Source of the DNA: Pelagomonas calceolata
Taxonomy: Eukaryota
Reading direction: 5' to 3'
DNA: 64,000 nucleotides
Assembly (NCBI GenBank): GCA_918797485.1
Contig: CAKKNE010000005.1
Coordinates: 434,001 to 498,000 of the forward strand
Position numbers and translations under genes: made by a program. The notes under the pieces were generated by a model, which had not been told where the DNA came from, did not search any database, and was given only the letters and a program-made list of their open reading frames with translations. The stretch's first letter is position 1. Each line of letters begins with the position of its first letter. Below are positions 20,092 to 31,900 of the stretch, in pieces.

Positions 20092-22407
20092 ATGGCTCGC
20101 CTGCTCCTCATGCTCGCCTGCGCGCGCGTGGCCGCCGGCGTCATGGACGCCTTGGACATCAAGGCCGTCTGTGAAGTGCCGACGGACGGCGGGCCGCGGA
20201 AGATCTACCTCGACATGGACGCCGAGGCCTTCGAGACGCTCGCGGGCCCGCCCGGCCCGGGCAACAGCATGTCGCTACCCATCGAGACGTCCGATTGCGA
20301 ACCCTTCAAGTCCGCCTACATCAACTTCTCGCCGGGCGGCCACCCCGCCTGGGACGGCAAAGGGGACGGATACGGCATCGACCACTTCGATATCCACTTC
20401 TATACCATCACGGAGGACGCGCGCGTCGCGCTCATGGGCATGTGCCTGTGTGGAAATCAACCAGTGCGTTGGGTACACACCACCACGCTATCGAGCAGGC
20501 GCCGCGTCGATGGCGTGGAGGACGACGCGACGATTCAGCACGAACCGTGACGAACGCGCCGTAAAATTGATTTCCACACAGGCACGTGCGTCCAACCGCC
20601 CGGGGCCGGCAACTGCGACGCGAGCGCGCCCGAGAACGCGCCGTTCTACGTCCTGCCCGACCCTGATTACATGACCGGATTCGTGCAGGACGACACCTTC
20701 GGCGGGCACGCCGTCCCGGGCCACGGCCTGCACCTCTTGCCGGCCGAGGACGTGGCGGACGGGGGCCCTGCGGCGTGCAAGAGCACGGGGGAAAACGGCG
20801 ACTGGCGGGACTGCAACGCCCAACAATTATCCCTCCTCGGTGTGCCCGGCTTCCCGCCGGCGCCGAACGACCAGGGCTGCGCCTGCGGCACGTGGACAAA
20901 TGGTGCCTCGCCGTGCGGGAATCAACGTCGCGTCGATGGCGTCGACGGCGCCAAGAATTTGATTTCCACGCAGGCGTCTCGCCCATCCTGCTCAGCTACG
21001 ACGGCCAGGTCGTCGCCTCGGAGATCATGGCGTCGCAGCCTGTGTGGAAATCAAATTTCAGGCGCCACACGCCGTCGACGCGATGAATCTAACTCACTGG
21101 TTGATTCCACACAGGTCGCAGCAGCACGTCAAGGACCTCGGTGCGACCGAGTCCAACCCCTTCACGAAACCTTATCCTCAGCAGGAGAAGTACATGACGA
21201 ACGGCTTCCACCCGACGTCGACGTGGTCCTACAAGACCGACGACGGCCGCGTCCAGCTCGGCCTCGTCCTGAGCGAGGAGCCGGAGCAGGCGTCGTGCGA
21301 GGACGCGGAAGATTGGCACAAGACGGACGAGCCGGCGAAGGACTGCGCCTGGGTCGCGAAGAAACCGGAGACGCGCTGCTCAGTCAAGGGCCCGGGTGCC
21401 TACGCGGCGTCGCTCATGGCGCCTTCGATCGGCGGATGATCGCCATCGACGCGACTCGCTCACCGGTCGTTCGCGCAGGCTGGGGTCAGGCCAAGCTCCG
21501 GGCCGCCTACGCTTGCAAGGGGGCCTGCGGCGGCCCCTGCCAGGATACGGGTACGGAGGCTTGGCACAAGAAGAACGACGAGACGAAGGGCTGCGCCTGG
21601 GTCTCTATCTTCCCATCGATGCGGTGCCTCGTCAAGGGCGAGGGCGGGGTGCGGGCCACGGAGGCGTGCCCCGACTCGTGCGCTCGCAACCACGTGGTCG
21701 TCGGCGGCCCGGACGGCTCCGGCGACAAGAACTGTTGCGGGGGAGGCTCAGCCTGCGGTTGGGCCTGGTGCGAGGCCGAGGGCAAGTGCACGCAGGTGTG
21801 GGACTGTCCAGTCCCGTGCACGAAGGAGTACATGCCAGTCTGCGGGTCCGACGGCAAGACCTACGACAACTCGTGCCTCGCCGAGAACGCAGGCGTAGAG
21901 TACACCGAGGGCGCGTGCCAGCTCCCTTCGGCCGTCCACGTTCTGCAGAAGTTCTACACGGACGAGAACTGCGAGAACGAGAACACGGCGCTCACGGAAG
22001 CCATGTACCCGCAGAACAACGTGGCCCCCGATGGCTTCACGGACCCGTCGTACCAGGAGGGCACCTGCAGCGAGCTGGTGGGGCCTCTCTTCAGCGGCGA
22101 TATCGTCATTCCGTTTGAGCACTCGGGCAAGCTCAGATGCGGCCCGGGCAACTGCGAAGCTACCCTCGACTGGTACGTCGGGTCCAAGACTTGCGAAGAA
22201 GACTCCTCGAGGGTAGAAAGTATGACATTCACGTTCCCCCCGGATGCTACGGACGGGACGATGTCCGCGTGCGTCGTGACGAACGGCGCCGGGTCGGACG
22301 AGGAGTGCTCCGTGGGCGGCCAGGCCTGCTCGCGCGCCATCCAGTACCACGAGTTCTTGCCCGGCCAGACGCCGATTCACATCCACGAGTACTGCGAGTG
22401 CAATTGA
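20092..22407 (+). CDS. Secreted multidomain protein: His-rich DUF5602-like domain, two Cys-rich repeats, Kazal domain; introns 20438-20581, 20903-20973, 21032-21114, 21396-21478
   Basis: Signal peptide; PGGH...HFDIHFY; CTKEYMPVCGSDGKTYDNSC Kazal; four splices give one continuous frame. Confidence 0.8.
20438..20581 (+). mobile_element. Introner intron with GC donor
   Basis: TSD GCATGTGC/GCACGTGC; TIR CTGTGTGGAAATCAA..TTGATTTCCACACAG. Confidence 0.9.
20903..20973 (+). mobile_element. Short diverged introner intron
   Basis: TSD GTGCCTCG/GCGTCTCG (6/8); eroded TIRs. Confidence 0.8.
21032..21114 (+). mobile_element. Introner intron with perfect 8-bp TSD
   Basis: TSD GTCGCAGC on both sides; TIRs present. 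Confidence 0.92.
21396..21478 (+). mobile_element. Intron of a second repeated family (5' GTGCCTACGCGGCGTC)
   Basis: Shares its 5' end with introns 41065-41147 and 50668-50808. Confidence 0.65.
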
Positions 22408-22697
22408 GCACGCCCGACCCGGGCCACCATGCTTGCCCGTAGCCCCTGTGCGCGTTACGAGTCCCGTCGGAAGCCCCCATCGACTAAGCTGAATATGGTA
22501 CGTACATCGGTATAACCACGGTAGTAAGACTACTAGTACACAAAAAAACCTTAGACAGTGCCACGTGCCAATTATTATCGAAGATACCCCGGGGCCCTTG
22601 AAACAGATTGGACACCTTGCGTTATTTTACAAGAGGCAGCCCGCGCACGCAAGAGGCCGGGACCCGCTCGCACGCAAGAGGCAGCCCGCGCAAGACG

Positions 22698-23291
22698 ATG
22701 GCGGCCGTCCGGCCGGTGGAGGTGAACGAAAAGGGCCACAGCGTCTACCGGTGGTCCGCGGAGTGGCCGGAGTGCTGCTGGTGGAAGGCGGACGAGCACA
22801 CCCTGGTGCTGGAGGAGGACGAGGTCGACTACACGATCGAGCACGCGCCGAACTGCTGCAATAGCTACGCCCACCCGCACAACCCGTTCGGGCAGAAGAC
22901 GGAGAACCGGCGGACACCCTACGCGCAGCTCGGCTCGGTCGCCAAGGACGACAAAGAGTTACCCGCGTGCTGCGTGAACGTGCCCATCAAGGCCGTGACG
23001 ACGGACCGGATGATCCTCAGGCCGGGCCGCCAGGGCGAGGTCCCGGAGTGCCCGCCCTGCGTCGGCTGCTTCCTCGTCGAGGGCGGCACCGCCTACGAGC
23101 CCTGGGTCGACGACATGGTGCAGGTCCTCAACGCGAAGAAGGTGGCGCGCGGCAACGTCGGGCAGATGAAGAAGGCCGAGCAGCAGGAGGCGCGCGTCGA
23201 GGAGCTCCACAAGAAGATGGACGCAATCATGAAGCACCTCAACATCAGCTACCAGGGCATGCCCCCCCTCGCGGAGCTGATGGAGCGCTGA
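22698..23291 (+). CDS. Hypothetical Cys-containing protein with C-terminal coiled coil
   Basis: Strong GC3 codon bias; start MAAVRP. Confidence 0.75.
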   Translation: MAAVRPVEVNEKGHSVYRWSAEWPECCWWKADEHTLVLEEDEVDYTIEHAPNCCNSYAHPHNPFGQKTENRRTPYAQLGSVAKDDKELPACCVNVPIKAVTTDRMILRPGRQGEVPECPPCVGCFLVEGGTAYEPWVDDMVQVLNAKKVARGNVGQMKKAEQQEARVEELHKKMDAIMKHLNISYQGMPPLAELMER

Positions 23292-23573
23292 GTGTGCCTT
23301 ATTGGGGCCTCCGCGGTGTTGCCGTCCCGCCCCCGGGCCCTCATACGCCGTCGCCCCGAGTCGCCGGGGCCCCAATTCCATCTGCAGAAAAAGCAGATCT
23401 ATTCGTCACGAGCTGCCCTTCCAGAGGGTACTCCTCGCGGATTAGTATGTTTGCATCCCTAGAAGACTCCAACAGTTACGACGGCGTCCGGACGGTAGAC
23501 TTCACGGTAGTAAGACCCGCGGCGGCCGGGTAGCTAGGCGGCCTAGCTCGTAAGGAAGGAAGACTACACAAAA

Positions 23574-25007
23574 TTAGACGGTCCGCAGCGGCGTCCGGAC
23601 GCCGTCCCGCACGGTCCGGTCGGTAGAACGCACGACGCGCTGCGCCTCGTCCAACTCCCTTAAATCATCCGGCGTCCCCACCACGCCCCGCTGGGCGTTC
23701 GCGTAGGCCCGCGCGACGACGCCCTGGGCCTTCGAGTGGGCGACTTCGGCATGCGTGCGGAACATCGACAGCCGACAGTCCGCCGCGCGGAAGGCCACGC
23801 AGCAGGCGTGGCCGTACTTGTTCTCGTTGGAATCGGCGACGTGCAGGAGCTTCCGCGAGACGCGCTCGATGTGAACCGCGTCGTAGCCCTCGAAGGCCTC
23901 CCACCCACTTTTTTTTTTGTCGAGGGGCGCGTCCCGTTTCAATCTCAACGCCGTCGCCTTGACCAGTGGCATGAGCTCGGCCGTGGGCCCGATCAGCACG
24001 TATTCCGGCACGTCACAAGGAAAGTCGGGGTCCGGTACCGTGCCTTTGAGTTGTGTGAGCCACGGCGCATTGCCGTAGTTCCAGCAGTTGAGTAGTAACG
24101 TGGGCCGGTACGCTTCGATGAGCTCGGGCATCGCAGCATTGCCGGCTTCGACGACGTCCCGGCCCAGGAAGCGCGCGAGGCGCGGCTTTGAACCCATCTC
24201 GACGGCGGCGGGCCGGAAGCCGACGGGCCGCAATTCCAGCCGCTCCCTCATATAGGAAGCGAGTTCGTCGACGGCCTCGCGCGTCAGGACGACGTCGTTC
24301 GAGCTTAGTGCGTTTTGCGCCCAAAAAGCTAAGGGCGTCAGCTCGCAGCGTCGCCTCGCGTCGGGAGCCTTCTCGAGGATGAGGGCCGCGGCGCCCTCCG
24401 CGGCGGCGTCGGCCGGCGGCCGCCTCCACGAAGACCGCTCCTCTATCGAAGCGCCGAGCGGCTCGAGGATTTCGCAACGCCGCGGGAGCGTCAATGGAGA
24501 AGGCATGCTTCTGCCTCTGAGCGCTCTGACGAACGCGCTGCTGCGGTAGACCTCGCGCGCGAGGGCCCACCTTGCACTATCTTCTTCCAAGAAAGTTTGC
24601 AGCGCGGCGTCGAGCGTCTTTGCGTCGACCCTTGATAAGTCCCGCACTAAACCGTCTCCCTCTCCCCGCGCGAGCGCCCGGTACGCTTTGGAAACTGCTG
24701 CTTCCTCCATCGTCTCCAGCTTTCTCAGCTGGGCGAGCGCATCGTCGCTGCTTTCCACGCGGCGCAGCTCGAGGTCCGTGTGGCTCCCGAGCGCCGCGCC
24801 GAGCGGTTGGTTCGGCGCGATCGCGTCGCCACCCCGCACCGCGAGCCCGAAGGCATCCGTCGACTTCATACCATACTTGGCGTCGAAGCGCTTGAGGAAG
24901 AGGCGCACGACGTCGGCCGCGGTCTTGGTCGTGAGCCATCGGTCCGTGAGGGTCAGGGCGATTGCGAAGCGCTGCTGGTTTTCGGCGTTGTGGACGGTGA
25001 TGCGCAT
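23574..25007 (-). CDS. Hypothetical protein (477 aa)
   Basis: Long ORF with coding-like composition; no family recognised. Confidence 0.7.
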   Translation of the reverse strand: MRITVHNAENQQRFAIALTLTDRWLTTKTAADVVRLFLKRFDAKYGMKSTDAFGLAVRGGDAIAPNQPLGAALGSHTDLELRRVESSDDALAQLRKLETMEEAAVSKAYRALARGEGDGLVRDLSRVDAKTLDAALQTFLEEDSARWALAREVYRSSAFVRALRGRSMPSPLTLPRRCEILEPLGASIEERSSWRRPPADAAAEGAAALILEKAPDARRRCELTPLAFWAQNALSSNDVVLTREAVDELASYMRERLELRPVGFRPAAVEMGSKPRLARFLGRDVVEAGNAAMPELIEAYRPTLLLNCWNYGNAPWLTQLKGTVPDPDFPCDVPEYVLIGPTAELMPLVKATALRLKRDAPLDKKKSGWEAFEGYDAVHIERVSRKLLHVADSNENKYGHACCVAFRAADCRLSMFRTHAEVAHSKAQGVVARAYANAQRGVVGTPDDLRELDEAQRVVRSTDRTVRDGVRTPLRTV

Positions 25008-25199
25008 GGTTTTTACGCTGCGACGGCGTCCTGTGAATGTCCCCTCCTGCTGCCTGGCGGCTCACGATGCGAGTGGGTTGGCTCTGCGCTGTGAATCGAT
25101 GCTGCACGTCGCGAGGGCGTACGAGGGCTATCGAATTGTCCCGCTCTTGCGAGGAATAGCGCTCGTAGCCGCTCACAGGCCCCTCTCAGCCTCAGTTTT

Positions 25200-25222
25200 C
25201 TAGTGCCTTACACGCCGCTAGC
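25200..25222. promoter_or_regulatory. Paired-CTAG motif (reverse strand GCTAGCGGCGTGTAAGGCACTAG)
   Basis: Divergent intergenic region; nearly identical to the 3607 copy. Confidence 0.6.
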
Positions 25223-25468
25223 TAATCACGCTCTTTTGGGTCGCGCCAAAAAGCGCGTGGCGCTACTCAATAGACGTTCTCGTGGTAGCCCTGCATCGCT
25301 TCCAAGGTACTGCGCTGCCGCCCTGCACGAGAGTCCGCGGGAACGCACGTACACGAACCCAGCTCTGAGAGCCACCCTTGGCTTCGGGTCGCCTGCGCCA
25401 ACGACGCGCCATTCGGGTCCACTACGCCATCGACGCGGCATTCGAGGTCGTCTACGCGACGCGACACC

Positions 25469-26209
25469 ATGTCCAGCGAATCCACCAGCAAGCCGCCGAC
25501 GCCGCCTGCGGCATTCCGCAGCGCGCTCCTCTTCCCGGAAGATGCAAATTTGAAGGCGTACGCGACGCCCGACAGCCCAAGTGAGAACCCACTCAATCAA
25601 ACGCCGCCGTCGCCGCCGGTCGACGACGCCACCGCCGAGCCGGAGGTGCCGCCCGACGAGAAGGCCTACACGGCCGGCTACAAGGCTGGCTATGCCGAGG
25701 GCTTCGCCGCCGGCCACGCCGCGGGCCTCCGGGCGGCCGCGGCGTCAAACACGGCATCGAACTCCGGCTGGCGGGTCTTGACGCAGCCCGGGAACAGTGA
25801 CGGAGGCGCGCCGCCGCCGCCGCCGGGCGCCTACGTCTTCCACTGCAGCTCCGAGACCGAGGCCGAGTGTTTGGATAGGCGCCTGCTGGGCTGCAGCTAC
25901 GCCATGAAAGGCAAGGTCGATGGCATCGTCAAGGGGACTCCTTTAGTTCTGTACAACATCAAGTCGCGGCGCGCCGTCGGGCCCTTTACCGCCACCGGAC
26001 CGCCGCAGCGCAACATCGCGAGGGGGGCGTTTGGCGGGCGCTTCGATTTGCACGTGGCCTTCTTCGACGGGCCCTACGAGGTGTTGTTTGACGCAAACGT
26101 CGACTCGAAGAGCGGCAAGGGCCCGGACATCGGGCGCTGGACGACGTGGGAGTCGGCCGTCGCGCAGAAGCGGCGGCGGTCGGCGCCGCGGAAGGCGTCG
26201 CCCTCGTAA
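25469..26209 (+). CDS. DCD (development and cell death) domain protein
   Basis: YVFHCSSETEAECLDRRLLG...LVLYN...NIARGAF matches the DCD pattern. Confidence 0.78.
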   Translation: MSSESTSKPPTPPAAFRSALLFPEDANLKAYATPDSPSENPLNQTPPSPPVDDATAEPEVPPDEKAYTAGYKAGYAEGFAAGHAAGLRAAAASNTASNSGWRVLTQPGNSDGGAPPPPPGAYVFHCSSETEAECLDRRLLGCSYAMKGKVDGIVKGTPLVLYNIKSRRAVGPFTATGPPQRNIARGAFGGRFDLHVAFFDGPYEVLFDANVDSKSGKGPDIGRWTTWESAVAQKRRRSAPRKASPS

Positions 26210-26420
26210 GTATGTGGTAATTGATTGCGTCGATGGCGTCAGGGTTGGCGCGACTCGCAGCTCGTACGGTGGGGGGCCCCTGGCGGTAGGGGCGCAGTCG
26301 ATGTTACGGTGCTAGGACTAGTGGGCGGAGCCCCTGGGGGGGAGACACCGCGCGTCGCCGATTCATCGGCGGCGGGCGCGGGCCGCTTCTTTCATAGCGG
26401 AGGATGTGGTAATAATGTGT

Positions 26421-26444
26421 GCTAGTGTCTTACAAGACGCTAGC
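26421..26444. promoter_or_regulatory. Paired-CTAG motif (reverse strand GCTAGCGTCTTGTAAGACACTAGC)
   Basis: 65 bp upstream of the ATG at 26509. Confidence 0.55.
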
Positions 26445-26508
26445 TAGCCAGACTTTTTGGGGAGGCTCACTCAATCGCTCCGATAGCGAGCTTGATTGAG
26501 AGCGCTTG

Positions 26509-27269
26509 ATGAAAACACTACTCATCGCCGTGCTATTGGCGGGGGTCGACGCGTTCGTCGGCCCTCGCCACTCTTTGAGATTCAAGACCTAAGCAAATCC
26601 TCAAGAACCTCGACAAGTTCGGCGACGCCTATGACCTCAACAAGCAGCTCATCGAGAAGACGGAGATGGTGGAGATCATCATGCACCCGGTGGCCATGGC
26701 GCTCTACGTCGGCGCCGACCCCTACAAGCCGATTGTCGACAAGGTGCAGGCCGGTGTTGAACTCGTTTGCTGTACGTCATTCGTAGGCGTCTCGACACCC
26801 CCGCCCGGTGTCGGGACGCCTCGCCCGCGAGACTTCCGACGACGACGGATACTCGTCGATAGGTGAGTGCGAAACGTTTTTTTTCCGTCCGCAGATTCGC
26901 GCGGGATTTTTCCGCGACTTCCCGCTGAGCCATCGCGCCCAGCACGGCAACTACTTAAAGTACGTGCGCGAGCACGGCGTCTCCTCCGGCCTCTACTACG
27001 CGATGGTCCACAAGGCCTACGGCCACCGGCTCCACCCCAAGACGCTCGAGAAGCTCGTCAACTTCAAGTGGATGCAGACGGACCACCTCAACTCCAAGCT
27101 CTGCGACGACCCCGCCAACTTCTTCTTACTCTTCGCGCCCGTGAACAATTTCTTCTCGTTCGAGAAGTTGTTCCACTACAAGAAGGAGTGGTCCGGCGAC
27201 GCCTACCGCGCCGTCGTCCGCTTCGAGCACGCGGCGGTCGAGTTGCAGTACCCGTCGCGGTTCGCCTAG
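26509..27269 (+). CDS. Hypothetical secreted protein, probably three exons (second intron 26744-26894)
   Basis: Signal-like MKTLLIAVLLAG; GC3-rich exons in frame across GT..AG; first donor uncertain. Confidence 0.55.
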
Positions 27270-28163
27270 GTCGCTCCACTTAACAGTATTCATTGACACA
27301 TAATAATCTCCTTCGCGATGCCAAGACAGGCTTTGAAAGCGAAGGGCAGAGGAAGCTAGGACCATGTCTCGGATGCCAAACACCGCGCGACGCAGGCGCC
27401 GCGGGGTACCGAGGCGCCGTCCGAAAATGGGCTCCGGGCGTAGTTTGCGACGTCGACCACGAACCGCGCATGTCGCAGCGTCGTCCGCGAGGCGACCAGG
27501 ACCGCCTCGACGCGTGTAGGCCCGCGGCGGCGGCTCCATGTAGCTATTCGTCCACGTCGCCGCCGGACCTTCGCGGGGCCGACGCCGGCCCGTACCACGG
27601 GCTTTGCGGGCGCGCGTGCCGCACGTCTTCGGCGGTGCCCGACGCGAGCTGCGGCGTCGATCGTGCGGGCCCCGCACTCGCGCGCGAAGGGTTTTTCTGC
27701 GGGTACATCATCCTGCCTCATATTTGTCAGCGGTATGATGCGCGGCGTTGGCGCTCGCGGGCGCCGTCGCCAGACTTCTATCGTCGTAGTCTCGGCAGCT
27801 GCACCGTATCGCTGCCGCGCTTAGCACGGGTCGGCACGCCCAGTCGCTCTCGATTGGGACCGGTGTTGAAGCCACTGCAAAGATGACGTGCAGCCGATCT
27901 CGCTTGATTGCGCGAGACGCGTGCTAAGGGCTCGCACAGCGAGTGAAGAATCGATGCAGCGGTGCGCCGCTAGCAGTAATTGGTCTCGGACTGACCAATG
28001 CGCGAAGCTGCAGGCTTTTTGCAAAACGCAGCGAAAAACCCGTGCAGAGATGCTTGGCCCCGGGCTACCATAATCCCACTAGGCAACTGGATACAAAGCG
28101 TAACTGCCGCTCTAATCCCGCACTTTAGGGGTCGCAAACGAGGCAATTCGCGCTGCTATCTCA

Positions 28164-28264
28164 GTCAATATGGCAAACAAACTGCCTCAAAGTGGCTTAA
28201 TCGGACGGCGCAATCGAGACGCGTCGATTAAGCCAATTTGCAGCAGTTAGTATGCCATATTGAC
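28164..28264. repeat. 40-bp imperfect inverted repeat with 21-nt spacer
   Basis: 28164-28203 versus reverse complement of 28225-28264; 35/40 identical. Confidence 0.85.
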
Positions 28265-28925
28265 AAAAATCGCTTCTCAGCCCAAGGGGCTGCCCGATAC
28301 GTCTTTTTGAGGCCCCGCGGCCTCGATACAGCCCCCAAACCCCCGCGCGTGCACGCCGTGGTGGCTGGGAAGGTCCCTGCCAAATCTCGCGACCCACGGC
28401 GCGATTTTCGCCCGAAACCGCGTCCCGGCGAGAAACGCGGACCACACATAGACTGGCATCCCATGGGCCCGAGTTGCCTCAAAGTGTCTTAAATCGTCCG
28501 CGGCCACATGTTGAACGATGTCCGACGCTGCGGTGGCCCGATCGGCTCGCAACGGCGCCAAAAAAGTCGATCGTATGGCTTTTTGCATGGTTTTTGGCCG
28601 TTTTCTCGGCGAGAGGCAGCCCAATTGCTGCCGCGTTTTTTGCAACGCGTAGTCAGGCTGCCCGCGCCCACGACGTAGACTAAGTGTTTTCCGCGAGGAT
28701 GCCCGCGTGCCGAGTTAAGGGGCTTTTTACCTGGATGGAACCTAGAGAATGGGCTAGAGGTGCAGTCCCAGTTGTCTAGTAGGATTAGGGTCGTGCGGGG
28801 TGGTTCGCGTCGCGACAGTGGTTCGCGTCGCGACAGAGGCGCGCCTCCCCGGTCGTCGGCGTTTTTCTGATAGAAACATACTGTTAAGGTTAAAGCGCGC
28901 CATCGCCGCGACTTCTAGCCGCGAC

Positions 28926-31900
28926 TCAGCCGTTGTTGTTCGCGCGTCGCGCCTTGAAGCGGTGGAAGGCCCGCTCGGCGGCGTCGAGGTCCAAGCCCTC
29001 CATGAGGGCGTCCAACCCCATGTCGACGGCGAGATCCGGGCCAGTGGCCTCCGCCTCGCCCTGGCCCATGGCGGCGTCGGCGTCGACGGCGCCCGCCGAC
29101 TCTCGAACCCAACTCGCGAACGTCGGCACGGTGTCCGTGCGAACCAACTGCCTCGCGTCGCGCCACGCCTTCTCCGTAAACGCGGCCCGCTCCCACATGT
29201 TCGCGATGCCGAAAAAAAAACGGGCATACGCCGACCACACGTGCGACTCGTCCGCCCCGTAGACCAGCACCTGTGCGGATCTCAGAAATGAGAGGAGCGC
29301 CATGACACACGATCAACCGCGTCATCCCTCCACGCCATCGACGCGACGTCGTCTCTGTTGCCGTTTCTGCTCGATGGCGTGGCGTCGCGCTGATTTCCGC
29401 ACTGCTCGTGGACCGACTTCGTCGTCAAGACGAGCGAGCGCCGCGACGCGACATAGTCGCTGTGGACGGTCCCGAAGGCCAAGCGCCTCTGGAGGGCCGC
29501 CCGGACCTTAGGCTTCTCGAGGTCGCTTCGGTCGAAACCGCACTCCACAAGCACCAAAATGTGAAGGTTGGCTTTGAAAGCGCGCTCATTGAAGTCCTCG
29601 ACGCGCTCACGACCGGCCCGCGTAGCTAGGCATTTTGACCAGACCTCGTCGGCCACAGCGCGGATCGATGGCGTCGAGCCGGCCCGGTCGCCGACAAAGC
29701 ACCGATCAAATTTTGTGTCCGCGCCGGGCGCGGGCATGTAGAACCGCGGCAGGCCCGCCCCCCTGACATCCTCCGACGCCCAATCGTTCGCCCGATCCAG
29801 GTAGGCCAGCGCATCCGAGTACAGCCCTCGGCCGCCCCTTTTGTCGGCTTCGACCAGCTGGCGCGACGCCGGGCCCGGCACGCTCGTCGAGACGCCGGCC
29901 AGAAGCGTCGGAGGCAGCTCGTTCCGCCGGTCGAGCTTCTCGGCCAGCGCCGCCAGTCTCTTCGCCACGCGATCGACCCGTTCGTTCTCCTCGCGGATGT
30001 TCGGGTTCCGCTCGTGCGCGGCCCTGGCGGCGAGGGCTGCCGTCGGGTACTCCTCGTACTGCCCGGGCGCGACCAGGGCGTAGTGCACGGCGACGCCCGC
30101 GCGCATAACGGACACGACGCCGCGGCGGGGCGGGAGCAAAAATGGCGAGAGCCGCCCCATCACGACGTCGTCCTCCTCGTGGACCGCCGGGTGTCCGTCG
30201 TAGGCCAGCTTCGCCGCGTCCTGGACCTCCGCTGGTAGCGAATCGAACTCCCACGAGCCCTCCCTCCATAGGAGACACGAAGCCGCGTTGGCCGCTATTT
30301 GGAGGGCGCAGTTGTCTATGGCGTCGGCCTCGGATTCGGTAGAACCGACATGGAACGTGCCGCTCCCACAACGGTTGAGCGTCTGACATTTGAACAGGTG
30401 TGCGCCGGCCCTGACGAGCTCCTCGGGTATCAGAGAGGGCTTTACATGCGATTTCGCCGTTTCTAGGACCTTTTCCGGAGTCCTGGCGATGCACCGCTTG
30501 ATATCGGACGGCACGCGGCAGCCGGAGACGAATAGCCTTTGGATTCTGCTCGCCTCTTCTGCAGCCGCACGCCGTTCCTCTGTGCCGTACCCTTTGTGCC
30601 GCCGCGGCGGCAGCGCCGGCACGTCGGCCGTGTAGGTCCGCACCAATTCTAATTTCCAAACCGCGCCCTCGCGCGACGCCGTCCCGGTCAGCTCGTACGT
30701 GCCGAACGTGTCGAGCTCGCCGTGGCCTTGGACACTAAAAGCTTGGCCGTCGTCCGTCGCGGTGAAGGAAAGCGCCATGCGGTCAGGTCTACGTTCCTTC
30801 CAACCGTTCCTCCCCCAGTCGTAAGCCGTATCGCCACTCCAAGTCCCGTCCGTCGGCGCGTCGTCGAGGCCCCACCGCGGACCCTCAAAGGTGACGTTCG
30901 TCTCTGCAAAAACGGACTCGGCGCCCCGCGCGAGGCGCCAGGACCCAGTCAAACGCTCGCACGGCCGCGCCGCGTCGCCGCCAATGCAACAGTCCGCCAT
31001 CTGCCCATCGAAGAAGTAGCGGCCGTCGCTGGCCGCCGCCGCCGCCGCAGTAGCAGCTCGAGAGCGGTTCCCCGCGTGGAGATGCGTCACGACGCGGTAG
31101 GGCGTCGCCGCGGCGTCCGTCGGCGCGCTCGCCGAGACCTCCGCCGTCGCCGGTTCCGAGGGGTCGGCGGGTAGACCCTTGGCGCGCAGGAACGCCTCCC
31201 TCGCCTCCCGCAGCGCCGCAGCGGCTTCGGGCGACGGATCGCCGGAAGTTTTGAACCGCTGTCCGCCCTTGATCTCCGCCTGCCACAATCTTTGTGAGAC
31301 GCGCGAGGGCTTGCAGAGCAAGAGCGTGGCGAGCGTCGTGGTGAGGGTCGCCCCGTCTTGTACGTTGCGCATCTTGCCCGCGATGAAGAGATCGATAATG
31401 ATGCTCGCGTAGACCTCCTCCTGCGGTGCGTCGCTCCACGAGCCCGTGTTCGGGAACGCGTCGTCGACCTCCATGTCCACCGGCGGCGCCGCCGCCGCGG
31501 CTGCGAGCGCCGTCCGGCGCCGCCTTCTACTACCATCATCCGCGACGAGGGCGGCGGCCGCTTCTGCCGCGCGTCGCTCCGCCGCCTCCCGCTCCAGTTC
31601 TGCCTTGCGGTCGACCATCGCCGCCGCCGCCGCTTCCGCCGTCTCGTAGTCGGCGCCGGATCTATATCGTTCACCGCCCATCTCAAATTGGTACCCGTAT
31701 CTCGTCCCGGCCATCACTTCTCTTCTATACACGTTCCGGGGAAGCGGTTTCTCCGCCGCGGCCGCGGCCGCATCCGTCGCATCCGATACCAAAACGCCAG
31801 CTGATGAGTCCGTCGTGTTTAGGGCCGCCGCGTCACCCGCCGCGCGCGTCGGCGGCGGCGGCGCGTTGGCGCTGCTGGCCGGCGCCGGCGCCGCAGTAGC

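Noticed and set aside
27280..27886. Overlapping ORFs on both strands
   Set aside because: Arg/Ala/Pro-rich shadow-type ORFs with no consistent gene model
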